A DNA stretch of 64,000 nt from Rhodothermales bacterium. GTDB lineage: Bacteria; Bacteroidota; Rhodothermia; Rhodothermales; VXPQ01. The position numbers and the translations under genes were made by a program. The notes below the pieces were generated by a model. The model did not search any database and was not told the DNA's origin. It saw only the letters and a list, made by a program, of their open reading frames with translations. Positions 31,395-40,696 of this stretch are shown here, in pieces (positions within the stretch are counted from its first letter, which is position 1; every line of letters starts with the position of its first letter). Location: assembly GCA_965223485.1 (NCBI GenBank), contig OZ244993.1, forward strand, positions 74,958 to 138,957, read 5' to 3'.

Positions 31395-31490
31395 ATGCCA
31401 TGCGGACGTAAACGCAAGCGACACAAGATCGCTACCCACAAAAGGAAAAAACGGCTTCGGAAGAATCGCCATAAGAAGAAAGGAAGATAA
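31395..31490 (+). CDS. 31-aa basic protein, AURKAIP1/COX24-domain (bS22/mS38-like small ribosomal protein); not in the ORF track
   Basis: MPCGRKRKRHKIATHKRKKRLRKNRHKKKGR, preceded by AGGAG at 31381-31385. Confidence 0.85.
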   Translation: MPCGRKRKRHKIATHKRKKRLRKNRHKKKGR

Positions 31491-31519
31491 ACGTCGGGCT
31501 TGACCTGAGCACACATCGA

Positions 31520-31855
31520 ATGAAGCACTACACACTGAGTAATATCGTTAGAGCAGGGGCATGGGGCCTGATAGCCGGTGTATCCGCAGGGTTTGCTGTC
31601 GGGCTTCTACTGGCGCCGGGGGAAGGGCGGAAGTTGCGCCGCCGCCTTGTTTATCAACTGGAAACGCTGGCAGATCGGATCGGATCGGTCGTTGAGGACT
31701 TCTCCAGCCCGGAACTCGACAGTGAAGCGCGCCGCACGGGGAATCGACTCGTTGAGGATGCCGAGGAGGAAGCTCGCCGGATCCGGGACGAAATAGACGC
31801 GCTGCTTGGAGACGCCCGGGGCGCTTCCTCGCCTTCTTCCGAAGAGGAAAGATAA
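31520..31855 (+). CDS. YtxH domain-containing protein
   Basis: GFAVGLLLAPGEGRKLRR followed by an amphipathic helical tail. Confidence 0.8.
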   Translation: MKHYTLSNIVRAGAWGLIAGVSAGFAVGLLLAPGEGRKLRRRLVYQLETLADRIGSVVEDFSSPELDSEARRTGNRLVEDAEEEARRIRDEIDALLGDARGASSPSSEEER

Positions 31856-31910
31856 ACAATACTATTAGGGTCCCCGGCGCCATGCACTCCGCCGGCGCAC
31901 TTCCTGTCTC

Positions 31911-32723
31911 ATGCCGAACTTTTCAATCCTTCTTCCACCTTCCGAAAAATCGCAACCGGGGGGGAATCCTTTCGTTCCGGACATGTTCGACTACCGCACG
32001 CCGAACACGTTCAACTACTTCAACGAATTGAACGCCGAACGCCGGAAGATCATCGGCGCCGTGCAGGAAGCCATCGAAGCAGGAGGTAATCTCGAAGAGT
32101 TGTTTGCGGCCAACGGAGAATATCTCGCGCAGGCAATCAGTCTGAATAAGGAAATCTACGATGCGCCGCTTATGGCTGCGCTGGATCGCTTCAGCCCGGG
32201 CGTGATGTACGAAGCCATGGATTTTCCGGGATTGCCCACCGGAGCGCAACGCCGCCTGCTTGAAAACGGTGTCATTTTCTCCGGATTGTTCGGACTGTTA
32301 CGCCCGGATGATCTTATTCCCGATCACCGGCTGCCCATCGAATCGGAGGTGCCGAATATAGGTGTGCTGACCGATTTCTGGCGTCCCGTCATCAGTCCTG
32401 CCCTCAACCGGACTATCGCCGACGCATTCGTATGGGATATGCTGCCCGATTCGCACCTTGCCGCCTGGGAAGACGATCACAGTTATGCACAGATCGTACG
32501 CGTAAAGTTCTACGACGAAGAGAACGGAACACGGAAAGAACCGGGTGCAAACGTGGCGCCGCTCAGGGGGAAACTGGTCAATTTCATTGTGCGTGAATCG
32601 CTGGAAGAGCTGGAGCCCTTGCTGGAGTGGACGCACCCGGACGGATATGCGTACGACCCGGACGGGACGACAGAAAATGCAGCATCGAAGGAAATCAAGG
32701 TTACCTTCGTGAGGCGCGCCTGA
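31911..32723 (+). CDS. yaaA: YaaA/UPF0246 family protein
   Basis: ILLPPSEK, ALDRFSPGVMYEA, IFSGLFGLLRPDDLIPDHRL. Confidence 0.75.
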   Translation: MPNFSILLPPSEKSQPGGNPFVPDMFDYRTPNTFNYFNELNAERRKIIGAVQEAIEAGGNLEELFAANGEYLAQAISLNKEIYDAPLMAALDRFSPGVMYEAMDFPGLPTGAQRRLLENGVIFSGLFGLLRPDDLIPDHRLPIESEVPNIGVLTDFWRPVISPALNRTIADAFVWDMLPDSHLAAWEDDHSYAQIVRVKFYDEENGTRKEPGANVAPLRGKLVNFIVRESLEELEPLLEWTHPDGYAYDPDGTTENAASKEIKVTFVRRA

Positions 32724-32755
32724 GTGCATGCCGTTGCAGCCGGCGCATGGTGGCG

Positions 32756-33541
32756 CTACCCTGTTTCCGCCTCGTTCAGCGCCATGAGAAGGCGCACGCC
32801 TTTCAGTACAAGATATTCGTCCGCCCGGTCAATCTCCGGCGCCTGTTCTTCGAGCAGGTGACTCCATCCGCCGGTAACAACCGCAAAAGCCTCCCCCTGC
32901 AAGGTTTCCCGGATTCGGCGGAGGAGCCCACGTACGCCTTCGACGAATCCGTACATGATTCCGGATTGCATGGCTTCGACCGTCGAGCGGCCGACAAGCG
33001 TGGGCGGCCACTCCGGAGCAACGTCGGGAAGCTGCGCCGTATCCCGGTGCAATGCACTCAGGGCAAGCTCCGGTCCGGGGCCGATCGTGCCCCCGGCATA
33101 GACGCCGCTCCGGTGTACCACCTCGCATGTGACGGCGCTGCCCGCATCGATGACGATCACATGGCGGAAAATGCCGTTCTCCGACGATTTTCCGTATTCG
33201 ACCCAGGCAGCCGCGGCGGCGGCAAGGCGGTCGACTCCCAGCGTTTCCGGGCTGGCAGCGTCAAGCCGGAACGGCAACCGCATCGTGGAGCGGATTTGCA
33301 CAGGAGTATGGCCCCGATCCTGTAACAGACGGGTCAGACATGCGGCCGAATCCGGCACGACAGAGGCTATGCCGGTCCGGTCAATGGCGTTTCCGGCAGT
33401 ACGCACCCGGTTTATCGCCTCGTCCAGCCCGGCTTCCATCCCTCCGGGATCGTGCGGCAGCGAGAACGCATGGTGCAGCAGATTCCCTTCGAACGCTCCC
33501 CCTTTGATAGCGCTGTTGCCTATGTCGAATGTGAACCACAT
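32756..33541 (-). CDS. coaX: Type III pantothenate kinase
   Basis: FDIGNSAIK, IASVVP, LGVDR, VIDAGSAVT, GGTIGPG, STVEAMQSG, VTGG, LVLKG. Confidence 0.93.
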   Translation of the reverse strand: MWFTFDIGNSAIKGGAFEGNLLHHAFSLPHDPGGMEAGLDEAINRVRTAGNAIDRTGIASVVPDSAACLTRLLQDRGHTPVQIRSTMRLPFRLDAASPETLGVDRLAAAAAAWVEYGKSSENGIFRHVIVIDAGSAVTCEVVHRSGVYAGGTIGPGPELALSALHRDTAQLPDVAPEWPPTLVGRSTVEAMQSGIMYGFVEGVRGLLRRIRETLQGEAFAVVTGGWSHLLEEQAPEIDRADEYLVLKGVRLLMALNEAETG

Positions 33542-33568
33542 GGATTTCGGGTAGTCAATACCGGGTAG

Positions 33569-34414
33569 TCAATACGCAGTGGTCACTTCGCCGGCATGAA
33601 ACGTCCGTATGCCTTCGTCGGTAGCGAGCAGAAGGCCGCCGGTCTCCCCCAGCCCCGCTACAATACCCTGCACGGAACCGTTCCCGTGTGCAAAACGAAG
33701 TTCCACCGGGGCATTCAGGTTGTGCATACGGCGCATGTACCGCTTCTCCACAGCGGCGGCATCTTCTTCAAGGCGATCAAGCGCTTTTTCGAGGCGGTCG
33801 AATACGGCAGCGAGCAGATGGGCGCGGTGGATCGGGCGCCCGGTGGCCAGCAAAAGCGATGTCGCCTGGTGTTCGATGTCGGGTGGAAAAGTATCCTCGT
33901 TGACGTTTATGCCCATGCCGAGAATAACGGCGCGCGATGCGGCGGACGCCTGACCCGCTCCAGCGGATTCCAGCAACATCCCGCAGCATTTCCTGTCGTC
34001 GATCAGGATGTCATTGGGCCATTTTATCTGTGTGCATACGGGCGCCGTAAAGCCGTCGATAGCTTCCGCCGCGGCTACGCAGGCAGCCATCGTAATGAGA
34101 TTCCAGCGGTCGGGCGCCAGCACCGGGCGCAGGACCACGGAAAAGGTCAGGTTGAGACCGCTGCGCGCCAACCACGCGCGCCCCATGCGTCCTCGCCCTT
34201 TCGTCTGGAGTTCTGCGTATACGACCGCCCCGGCCGCCGCTCCCGCGGCGGCCCAATCCAGCGCGAGGTTGTTCGTGGAGGTCACGGCGTCGTAGGAACG
34301 GATTTCCTTCCCGATATAGCCTTGCCGCCCGGCGTACTGCTCGCCGAGCAGGCTGCGGGCCTCATGGGCGGGTCCGCTCGTTACCTCGCACGGGGGCGTG
34401 ACGACATGGCGCAT
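33569..34414 (-). CDS. birA: Biotin--[acetyl-CoA carboxylase] ligase
   Basis: VTSTNN, AELQTKGRGRMGRAW, IKWPNDI, KCCGML, GMGINVN; start uncertain (34414 or 34447). Confidence 0.93.
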   Translation of the reverse strand: MRHVVTPPCEVTSGPAHEARSLLGEQYAGRQGYIGKEIRSYDAVTSTNNLALDWAAAGAAAGAVVYAELQTKGRGRMGRAWLARSGLNLTFSVVLRPVLAPDRWNLITMAACVAAAEAIDGFTAPVCTQIKWPNDILIDDRKCCGMLLESAGAGQASAASRAVILGMGINVNEDTFPPDIEHQATSLLLATGRPIHRAHLLAAVFDRLEKALDRLEEDAAAVEKRYMRRMHNLNAPVELRFAHGNGSVQGIVAGLGETGGLLLATDEGIRTFHAGEVTTAY

Positions 34415-34512
34415 GGTAGCAATACCGGGAGAGATGACGAGGGGCAATCATAAAATACGATGCGGTTGCTTATCTAAGGAGCGCCCATGCCGCATCAGTC
34501 TTTTTCGGACGT

Positions 34513-35400
34513 TCAACCGGTCCGGGCCGGGCCGTCATAATTCGACGCCTGATCCATTTCCCGGAAATCGTAGTACTCCGTGGCGCTCCGGAAACGCTGC
34601 GCAGGACGCAGCAGGAACTTGATGCGCGTTTCGAAACGGGCATTGCCCGGCGCCCATGTCCCGGAAGGAAGCCGATCTACACTCAGGAAAAAGGCGCTTT
34701 CCTCCCGGAACCACAACGCGGCATGCACGCGCTCGATGTATATGCCGACGAGACGATCCGAGGCCCGGTCGAGATACAGGCGTACGCGCCGGATGGACCG
34801 GGATGCTTCGAAACCCGGGCGAGTGGTGATCCGAACGACCCGCACAGGGCGGGCGAACAGCATGGAGTCGGGGGCGAATTCGTACCGCCAGGCTTCCCGG
34901 TTCCGGGCTGCGGCATACGGCGGATCGTCGGGAATGACATACTCCGGAAGATCGGATGCAGCAAGCCCGGATGCCGGCAGATCGTCGTCCGCTGAAACGA
35001 AACGGCGCAGGTATCCGAAATCGAACGTTCCGGAAGTTTCCGAGCGGATCGTGCGCGCGCCTTCCACGTCGTGCCGCACTTCTTGTTCGCGGGAAGCAAG
35101 GAGCGTACCACCCTCGTCGAATTGCTCGGTGCGGATTCGTTGCGTGTGCGCATGGGTCGAAACGGTCTGGAAGGCGGAGCGGAGCGCCGTCTCGTCGATG
35201 CGCTCCAGCAAGACAGCAATGGAATCGGCAGCGGCCGATTCCGCCGGCGTCAGCGGAGCGGGCGGCGGTTTCCGGTCCGCGCATCCCGACACAAGGCACA
35301 ACAGGCACACGCCCCATGCGAGCGCCGATACATACGAAACCCGCCACGGGGACGGCATTTCCAAAACAAACAGGGACGAGCGGGACATCAAATGCGGCAT
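34513..35400 (-). CDS. Hypothetical lipoprotein (outer-membrane sorting/beta-rich fold possible)
   Basis: Hydrophobic segment with lipobox LVSGC; beta-strand-rich remainder. Confidence 0.6.
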   Translation of the reverse strand: MPHLMSRSSLFVLEMPSPWRVSYVSALAWGVCLLCLVSGCADRKPPPAPLTPAESAAADSIAVLLERIDETALRSAFQTVSTHAHTQRIRTEQFDEGGTLLASREQEVRHDVEGARTIRSETSGTFDFGYLRRFVSADDDLPASGLAASDLPEYVIPDDPPYAAARNREAWRYEFAPDSMLFARPVRVVRITTRPGFEASRSIRRVRLYLDRASDRLVGIYIERVHAALWFREESAFFLSVDRLPSGTWAPGNARFETRIKFLLRPAQRFRSATEYYDFREMDQASNYDGPARTG

Positions 35401-35557
35401 GACACAGCGGGAAAAACCGGGCAAGAGCGTATACAGTAGCGAATAAGACCTCCGATTCCTACATTTCAGGCGCGCATCCGGTTATGCTGCATGCGCCGCG
35501 CATTTTGGAAGCGAGCGAAAATTCCTCGACAATATAGTACGCATAATCAACAGGAAG

Positions 35558-36382
35558 ATGACCGGAAACGGGGTATTGCAAGGGAAAAAGGGGCTTGTCT
35601 TCGGCGCCCTCAACGATCAGAGCATCGGGTGGGCTATTGCGGAAGCCGCGCACCGGGAAGGAGCGTCTCTCGTTCTTTCGAACGCGCCGGTGGCCCGGCG
35701 CCTGGGTACGCTGAACAGTCTGGCCGAACAAACCGGGAGCCAGGTCATGTGGGCAGACGCCACCAGCGACGACGATCTGGCCGCACTGTATGCACAGGTC
35801 AAGGAAGACGGCCCGCTCGATTTTATCGTGCATTCCATCGGAATGGGCGTCAATCTGCGAAAGAACGTACCGTACCCGGAACTCAACTACGCGTGGTACC
35901 AGAAGACGCTGGATATTTCCGCCATCAGCCTGCACCGGATCGTGCATCATGCGCTTGAAGCCGGCGTCCTCGCGGACGGCGCCTCCATCGTCGCGCTCAC
36001 GTACATCGGCGCCCAGCGCGTGTTTTCGAAGTATTCCGAAATGGGCGACGCCAAGGCGCTGCTGGAAAGCATTGCGCGTTCGTTCGGCTACCGGCTGGGC
36101 AAGCGGGGCATTCGCATCAACACGGTTTCGCAGAGCCCGACCCGCACTGTGGCGGGATCGGGGATTGACGGATTCGAGGCGATGTTCGAATTCGCGGAGC
36201 GGATTTCCCCGCTCGGTAACGCGGATGCGGCAAGTTGCGCGGATTATACCGTCACGCTCCTGAGCGACTACACCCGCATGGTGACCATGCAGACGCTGTA
36301 TCACGACGGTGGCTTCAGCGCCATGGGTATTTCGGACGAAGTCGTCGAGGGGCTTGCGAAAGCATTTCCTCCGGGACAGTAA
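35558..36382 (+). CDS. fabI: Enoyl-ACP reductase
   Basis: GKKGLVFGALNDQSIGWAIA, DFIVHSIGM, DISAISL, YSEMGDAKALLE, VTMQTLYHDGG. Confidence 0.92.
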   Translation: MTGNGVLQGKKGLVFGALNDQSIGWAIAEAAHREGASLVLSNAPVARRLGTLNSLAEQTGSQVMWADATSDDDLAALYAQVKEDGPLDFIVHSIGMGVNLRKNVPYPELNYAWYQKTLDISAISLHRIVHHALEAGVLADGASIVALTYIGAQRVFSKYSEMGDAKALLESIARSFGYRLGKRGIRINTVSQSPTRTVAGSGIDGFEAMFEFAERISPLGNADAASCADYTVTLLSDYTRMVTMQTLYHDGGFSAMGISDEVVEGLAKAFPPGQ

Positions 36383-36384
36383 GA

Positions 36385-37134
36385 ATGACGCCCGCACTCT
36401 TTCCGATCTTTTTTGCGCTGTTTTTTTTGACATCCGGAGCCGCTCCTCCGGACGGAGACGTTTCGCCTCCGCTATACTATTCCATTGAACGGGACGGCAC
36501 GCTGTACGCACGTCCGGACCGGACAGCGCCTTTGCCCGATTTTCGCCCGCTCGCCCTGCAGGAGCCGCTCTTCATGCTGGATGCGCAAGACGGGTGGTTG
36601 CATGTCAGAACGATGGATGACGTTACCGGCTTCGTGCCCGAGGAATCCGTGTCCAATGTGTGGCTCCGCATTTCGAAGAAGCGGCAAATGCTTTTTGCGT
36701 ACCGGGGAACGGAGTTGGCGTTACGGGTTCCGGTAGATCTGGCTCTCAACGCCATCATGGACAAGGAACAGCGAGGCGGTCCGCTGGAGCCCGATCACTG
36801 GCGTACGCCCGAAGGAAGCTTTCATATCGTGGCGAAAAACCCGGACAGCAAGTTCTATAAGGCTCTTCTGCTTAACTACCCTTTGGTTGAAGACGCCGAG
36901 CGGGGAATCAGATCCGGCCTGATCACCGAAGAGGAATACCAGGCTATTGTGGAGGCGGAAGAGACGATCGGGGTACCCCCGATGAACACATTGCTGGGGG
37001 GAGGTATCGCAATCCACGGCAACGGCACAGGGAGCGGTGTGAACTGGACGGAAGGATGTATAGCCGTAACCGACCGGGTGCTCGACCGGTTATGGGAGAT
37101 GGTGCATGTGGGTACGCCGGTGCTGGTGGAGTGA
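36385..37134 (+). CDS. L,D-transpeptidase family protein with SH3-like N-terminus
   Basis: Signal peptide; TPEGSFHI, IAIHG...NWTEGCIAV (HxxxxGC), VGTPVLVE. Confidence 0.88.
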   Translation: MTPALFPIFFALFFLTSGAAPPDGDVSPPLYYSIERDGTLYARPDRTAPLPDFRPLALQEPLFMLDAQDGWLHVRTMDDVTGFVPEESVSNVWLRISKKRQMLFAYRGTELALRVPVDLALNAIMDKEQRGGPLEPDHWRTPEGSFHIVAKNPDSKFYKALLLNYPLVEDAERGIRSGLITEEEYQAIVEAEETIGVPPMNTLLGGGIAIHGNGTGSGVNWTEGCIAVTDRVLDRLWEMVHVGTPVLVE

Positions 37135-37161
37135 AGGGGGGGAATCGGGGTAAGGGTATAA

Positions 37162-37556
37162 GGTGCTTATATCGAATAGTAACCGCCAGGATGTACAAGT
37201 TTAGTATTTACCCGACACCCGGGGTCTCCGGCGCGTGATCGGGCGACTTATTTTTCGCACTCTTTTTACTCGATTGGAACGGCGGGTAGCGGTTTCTTTC
37301 TTCCGAGGGCGGCGAGCAGCGCATCCGCAGCGCGTTCGGGGCCTGCCGACCGGAGGAGCGGATCGTTAATTTTGCGCCTCCTTGATTTTTATATGATCCG
37401 TTTCTATAATATTAATAATTAAAATTCATGTGCGGGTCCGGGGTTGCCGACACCCCATGACCAGCGACAAAAGCCCCTGAGTAACTGGCCAAAGCGTTGA
37501 CCGCGCCGGTCTGAAAAGGGATAGCCCGCAACAGGTTACTATTCGATATAAGCCCC
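37162..37556. mobile_element. 395-bp non-autonomous MITE, probably IS1595-family
   Basis: Terminal inverted repeats GGTGCTTATATCGAATAGTAACC (37162-37184) and the reverse complement of 37534-37556, GGGGCTTATATCGAATAGTAACC, match 22/23. 8-bp flanks GGGTATAA and GAATATAA match 6/8. No convincing ORF inside. Confidence 0.8.
37382..37410 (+). promoter_or_regulatory. sigma70-type promoter inside the MITE, facing the T9SS gene
   Basis: TTGATT (37382-37387), 17-nt spacer, TATAAT (37405-37410). Confidence 0.6.
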
Positions 37557-37655
37557 GAATATAAAGTGCTGTGCGCACCCGGCCGAGAGAATCGATGAAA
37601 AACGGTTGAGCCAAAAGCACTGGCAACCGTTATCAAAGCATTTCTATCGGACATT

Positions 37656-39719
37656 ATGAAATACCTCATCGTCCTCTTTTTCTGCGTTTGCGCATTAGAG
37701 AATGTGCAAGCGCAATCACTGCTTGTTGTTTGCGCAGACCCCGGCTCGGTCTACGAGGGTTCGGCGGACTTTTCTCTGGATTGCTCGGCTTCGGGCGCTC
37801 CGGGCGCCAATCCTGTCTACACGTACGCCTGGACGGCGCGGGGCAGTACGGCGAACATGGGCCTGTTGAGTGCGACGGACATCCCTTCTCCGACCTTCAA
37901 CGTGCCGGATCAGGTGGACAGCGACCAAACCTACGAATATCTGCTGACCGTCTCTGCGGAAAATGCAGACGACGCGGCGGCGGAGGTGACGGTGACGGTG
38001 TTGAACAGAAGTACAGGTCCAGGTCCAGGCACAGGCGCACTGAGCGTTGTTTGCGCAGACCCCGGCTCGGTCTACGAGGGTTCGGGGGGCTTTTCTCTGG
38101 ATTGCTCGGCTTCGGGCGCTCCTTCGGGCGTCGCCTACGCATACTCGTGGGCGGCGCGGGGAAGTACGGCGAACACATCGCGACTTAGCGCGACGGACAT
38201 CCTCAGACCGACCTTCTACGTGCCGGATCAGGTGGACAGCGACCAAACCTACGAATATCTGCTGACCGTCTCTGCGGAAAACGCGGAATCCGCGACGGCG
38301 GAGGTGACGGTGACGGTGTTGAACAGAAGTACAGGTCCAGGTCCAGGCACAGGCGCACTGAGCGTTGTTTGCGCAGACCCCGGCTCGGTCTACGAGGGTT
38401 CGCCGGACTTTTTTCTGGATTGCTCGGCTTCGGGGGCTCCTTCGGGCGTCGCCTATAGGTATGTGTGGGCGGCGCGGGGCAGTACGGCGAACACGAGCCT
38501 GTTGAGTGCTGCGGACATCCTCAGGCCGACCTTCTACGTGCCGTATCAGGTGGACAGCGACCAAACCTACGAATATCTGCTGACCGTCTCGGCGGAAAAT
38601 GCAGACGACGCGGCGGCGGAGGTGACGGTGACGGTGTTGAACAGAAGTACAGGTCCAGGTCCAGGCACAGGCGCACTGAGCGTTGTTTGCGCAGACCCCG
38701 GCTCGGTCTACGAGGGTTCGCCGGACTTTTCTCTGGATTGCTCGGCTTCGGGGGCTCCTTCGGGCGTCGCCTATAGGTATGTGTGGGCGGCGCGGGGCAG
38801 TACGGCGAACACATCGCGACTTAGCGCGACGGACATCCTCAGACCGACCTTCTACGTGCCGGATCAGGTGGACAGCGACCAAACCTACGAATATCTGCTG
38901 ACCGTCTCTGCGGAAAACGCAGACGACGCGGCGGCGGACGTTACGGTGACGGTGCTTGATTTCCACAAACCCGGCTCCATAGAAGAAGACAGGTTAGCGC
39001 TTGAAGCATTGTACGATTCGACGAACGGCGATAACTGGATCGACAATACCAACTGGAAAAGCGACAAGCCAGTGCAGGAATGGTATGGCGTGTCCGTTGA
39101 TTTTGATGATGGGCGCATACGTGCCCTGAATCTGGATGGAAACGGATTATCCGGAAATATTCCTTCCGGGTTGGGCAATATGGGGGGATTACAGCGCCTA
39201 TCCTTACGGGAAAACAACTTGACGGGGAGTATTCCCTCGGGAATGAGCAATCTTAAGAATTTGGATTCCTTGAATCTTGCCGATAATTACCTGACGGGAA
39301 CCATTCCTGAATCCTTCATCGATCTTTCGCTGACGCTGTTTCATATCGGAGGTACAAATACCCTTACGGTACCTTCGTCCCTGATACCGTGGTATAACTC
39401 CATAAGCAATACGGATACGGAAGCGCCAACAGCCAGCGAACCCGCAGAACTTCCTGCAACACTTACGTTAGGCGGCAATTATCCCAACCCCTTCAATCCT
39501 GCGACAACTATCGAATATGCGCTCCCCGCAACAGACCATGTACGCCTCGCGGTGTACGATATGGCTGGAAGAACGGTCTCAGTGCTCGTGGACGGGGTGC
39601 GAATTCAGGGGCAACACGCGGTGCGCTTCAATGCTTATGGTCTACCGGCGGGTACATATGTATACCGCTTGCAGGCTGCCGGAACAACGCGGATACGAAA
39701 GATGACCTTGGTAAAGTAA
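37656..39719 (+). CDS. T9SS-secreted surface protein: four Ig/PKD-like repeats, plant-type LRR region, C-terminal sorting domain
   Basis: Signal peptide; four ~106-aa repeats; ALEALYDSTNGDNW...WYGV LRR cap and LxLxxNxLSGxIP repeats; CTD NYPNPFNP...VYDMAGR...LPAGTYVYRL...KMTLVK. Confidence 0.9.
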   Translation: MKYLIVLFFCVCALENVQAQSLLVVCADPGSVYEGSADFSLDCSASGAPGANPVYTYAWTARGSTANMGLLSATDIPSPTFNVPDQVDSDQTYEYLLTVSAENADDAAAEVTVTVLNRSTGPGPGTGALSVVCADPGSVYEGSGGFSLDCSASGAPSGVAYAYSWAARGSTANTSRLSATDILRPTFYVPDQVDSDQTYEYLLTVSAENAESATAEVTVTVLNRSTGPGPGTGALSVVCADPGSVYEGSPDFFLDCSASGAPSGVAYRYVWAARGSTANTSLLSAADILRPTFYVPYQVDSDQTYEYLLTVSAENADDAAAEVTVTVLNRSTGPGPGTGALSVVCADPGSVYEGSPDFSLDCSASGAPSGVAYRYVWAARGSTANTSRLSATDILRPTFYVPDQVDSDQTYEYLLTVSAENADDAAADVTVTVLDFHKPGSIEEDRLALEALYDSTNGDNWIDNTNWKSDKPVQEWYGVSVDFDDGRIRALNLDGNGLSGNIPSGLGNMGGLQRLSLRENNLTGSIPSGMSNLKNLDSLNLADNYLTGTIPESFIDLSLTLFHIGGTNTLTVPSSLIPWYNSISNTDTEAPTASEPAELPATLTLGGNYPNPFNPATTIEYALPATDHVRLAVYDMAGRTVSVLVDGVRIQGQHAVRFNAYGLPAGTYVYRLQAAGTTRIRKMTLVK
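37725..38956 (+). repeat. Four intragenic tandem repeats (321/318/318 bp spacing)
   Basis: Units start GTTGTTTGCGCAGACCCCGGCTCGGTCTACGAGGG at 37725, 38046, 38364 and 38682. Confidence 0.97.
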
Positions 39720-39897
39720 GCCACAGGAGCAGGAGTGTGGCCCCCGATTGCTGACCGGCTCCAGGAAACCTCCCATCCGACCCTCACGTAGAACGGATTA
39801 AGGGGTTTTTCGTCCCATCCGTTTTGTGCGCGTGCGTACGATGCGTCGGGACTGTAGCCTCGCGCGGCCATACGGTGGCGCCGTTCTTTGCATATAT

Positions 39898-40259
39898 GGG
39901 GATGACATGGTTTCGACGGGTGGTATTCGCGCTGCAAGTTGCGTGTCGAGCTCCTCAGTCCAGCTCGTTAATATGACTGGGAACCGGTAAATGCGAACGA
40001 TTACTCGTACGCGATGGCGGCGTAAGCCCCATCTGTCCAATGCGCTGCTTGTTCATCGGCGCGCATTCGGGCACCGACTCAGATGAACCCGCTGCGGCCC
40101 GTACCGGCTGAACAGGTCGCAGTCAAAACAATCAGCCTTTGCTTGCATCAAGCCCTTGTCGGGCGGCTCTCGATGCGAGTGAGCACGAAAGACCGACTAC
40201 ACACGTAGACGCTTGTCGGTACGACCATTCGGACGCGGGTTCGACTCCCGCCATCTCCA
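39898..40259 (+). ncRNA. ssrA: tmRNA
   Basis: 5' GGGGATGACATGGTTTCGAC; 3' GCGGGTTCGACTCCCGCCATCTCCA; acceptor pairing GGGGATG/CATCTCC; tag frame 39993-40025 = ANDYSYAMAA-stop. Confidence 0.96.
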
Positions 40260-40444
40260 CTATAGTATGCCGGGAAGTATGGAAGCGGATCACGGGATTT
40301 TTCCAATTCGCTTCTTCGGTTTTTCGAACGGGTAAGGTTATATTACGGCCGCGTGCGTGTCTTGTACCTGTTGCCGGGAATCACCGCCCGCATTTTTTTT
40401 TGCTTTGGTCATGGAAGTGGGTTGAAATCGAAGCGAAATCGATT

Positions 40445-40666
40445 ATGGACACGCACGCTGTCTTCAAGAACCTCGTCAATTCGGGCTTAACGGATAAGCA
40501 GTCCGAATCTATTGTAACCGGTATACAGGATTCCCGAAATATGCTCGTTACGAACGAAAAACTGGATGCCACGATCGAACGGCATACCCGGATCGTCATT
40601 CTTGCCTTGACCGGTATCGTGTCTGTCCTGAACGCTGTTCTATTCATCGCCCTGCGGTTCGCATAG
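40445..40666 (+). CDS. Small DUF1640/CCDC90-like protein with C-terminal TM (paralog 1)
   Basis: MDTHAVFKNLVNSGLTDKQSESIV...LVTNEKLD, then a hydrophobic tail. Confidence 0.7.
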   Translation: MDTHAVFKNLVNSGLTDKQSESIVTGIQDSRNMLVTNEKLDATIERHTRIVILALTGIVSVLNAVLFIALRFA

Positions 40667-40696
40667 GGCGTACGCCTTTGAATGGCGAAATCGATC

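Noticed and set aside
37431-37529. Known riboswitch in the leader of the T9SS gene
   Set aside because: Several short stems are present, but I could not match the core of the c-di-GMP, c-di-AMP, ZTP or SAM classes by eye; it needs an Rfam search.
37716-38966. 416-aa antisense ORF, and similar long opposite-strand ORFs (e.g. 49260-50744, 50450-51469, 14424-14867)
   Set aside because: Arg/Pro-rich shadows of clear genes on the other strand, typical of high-GC DNA, with no family motifs.
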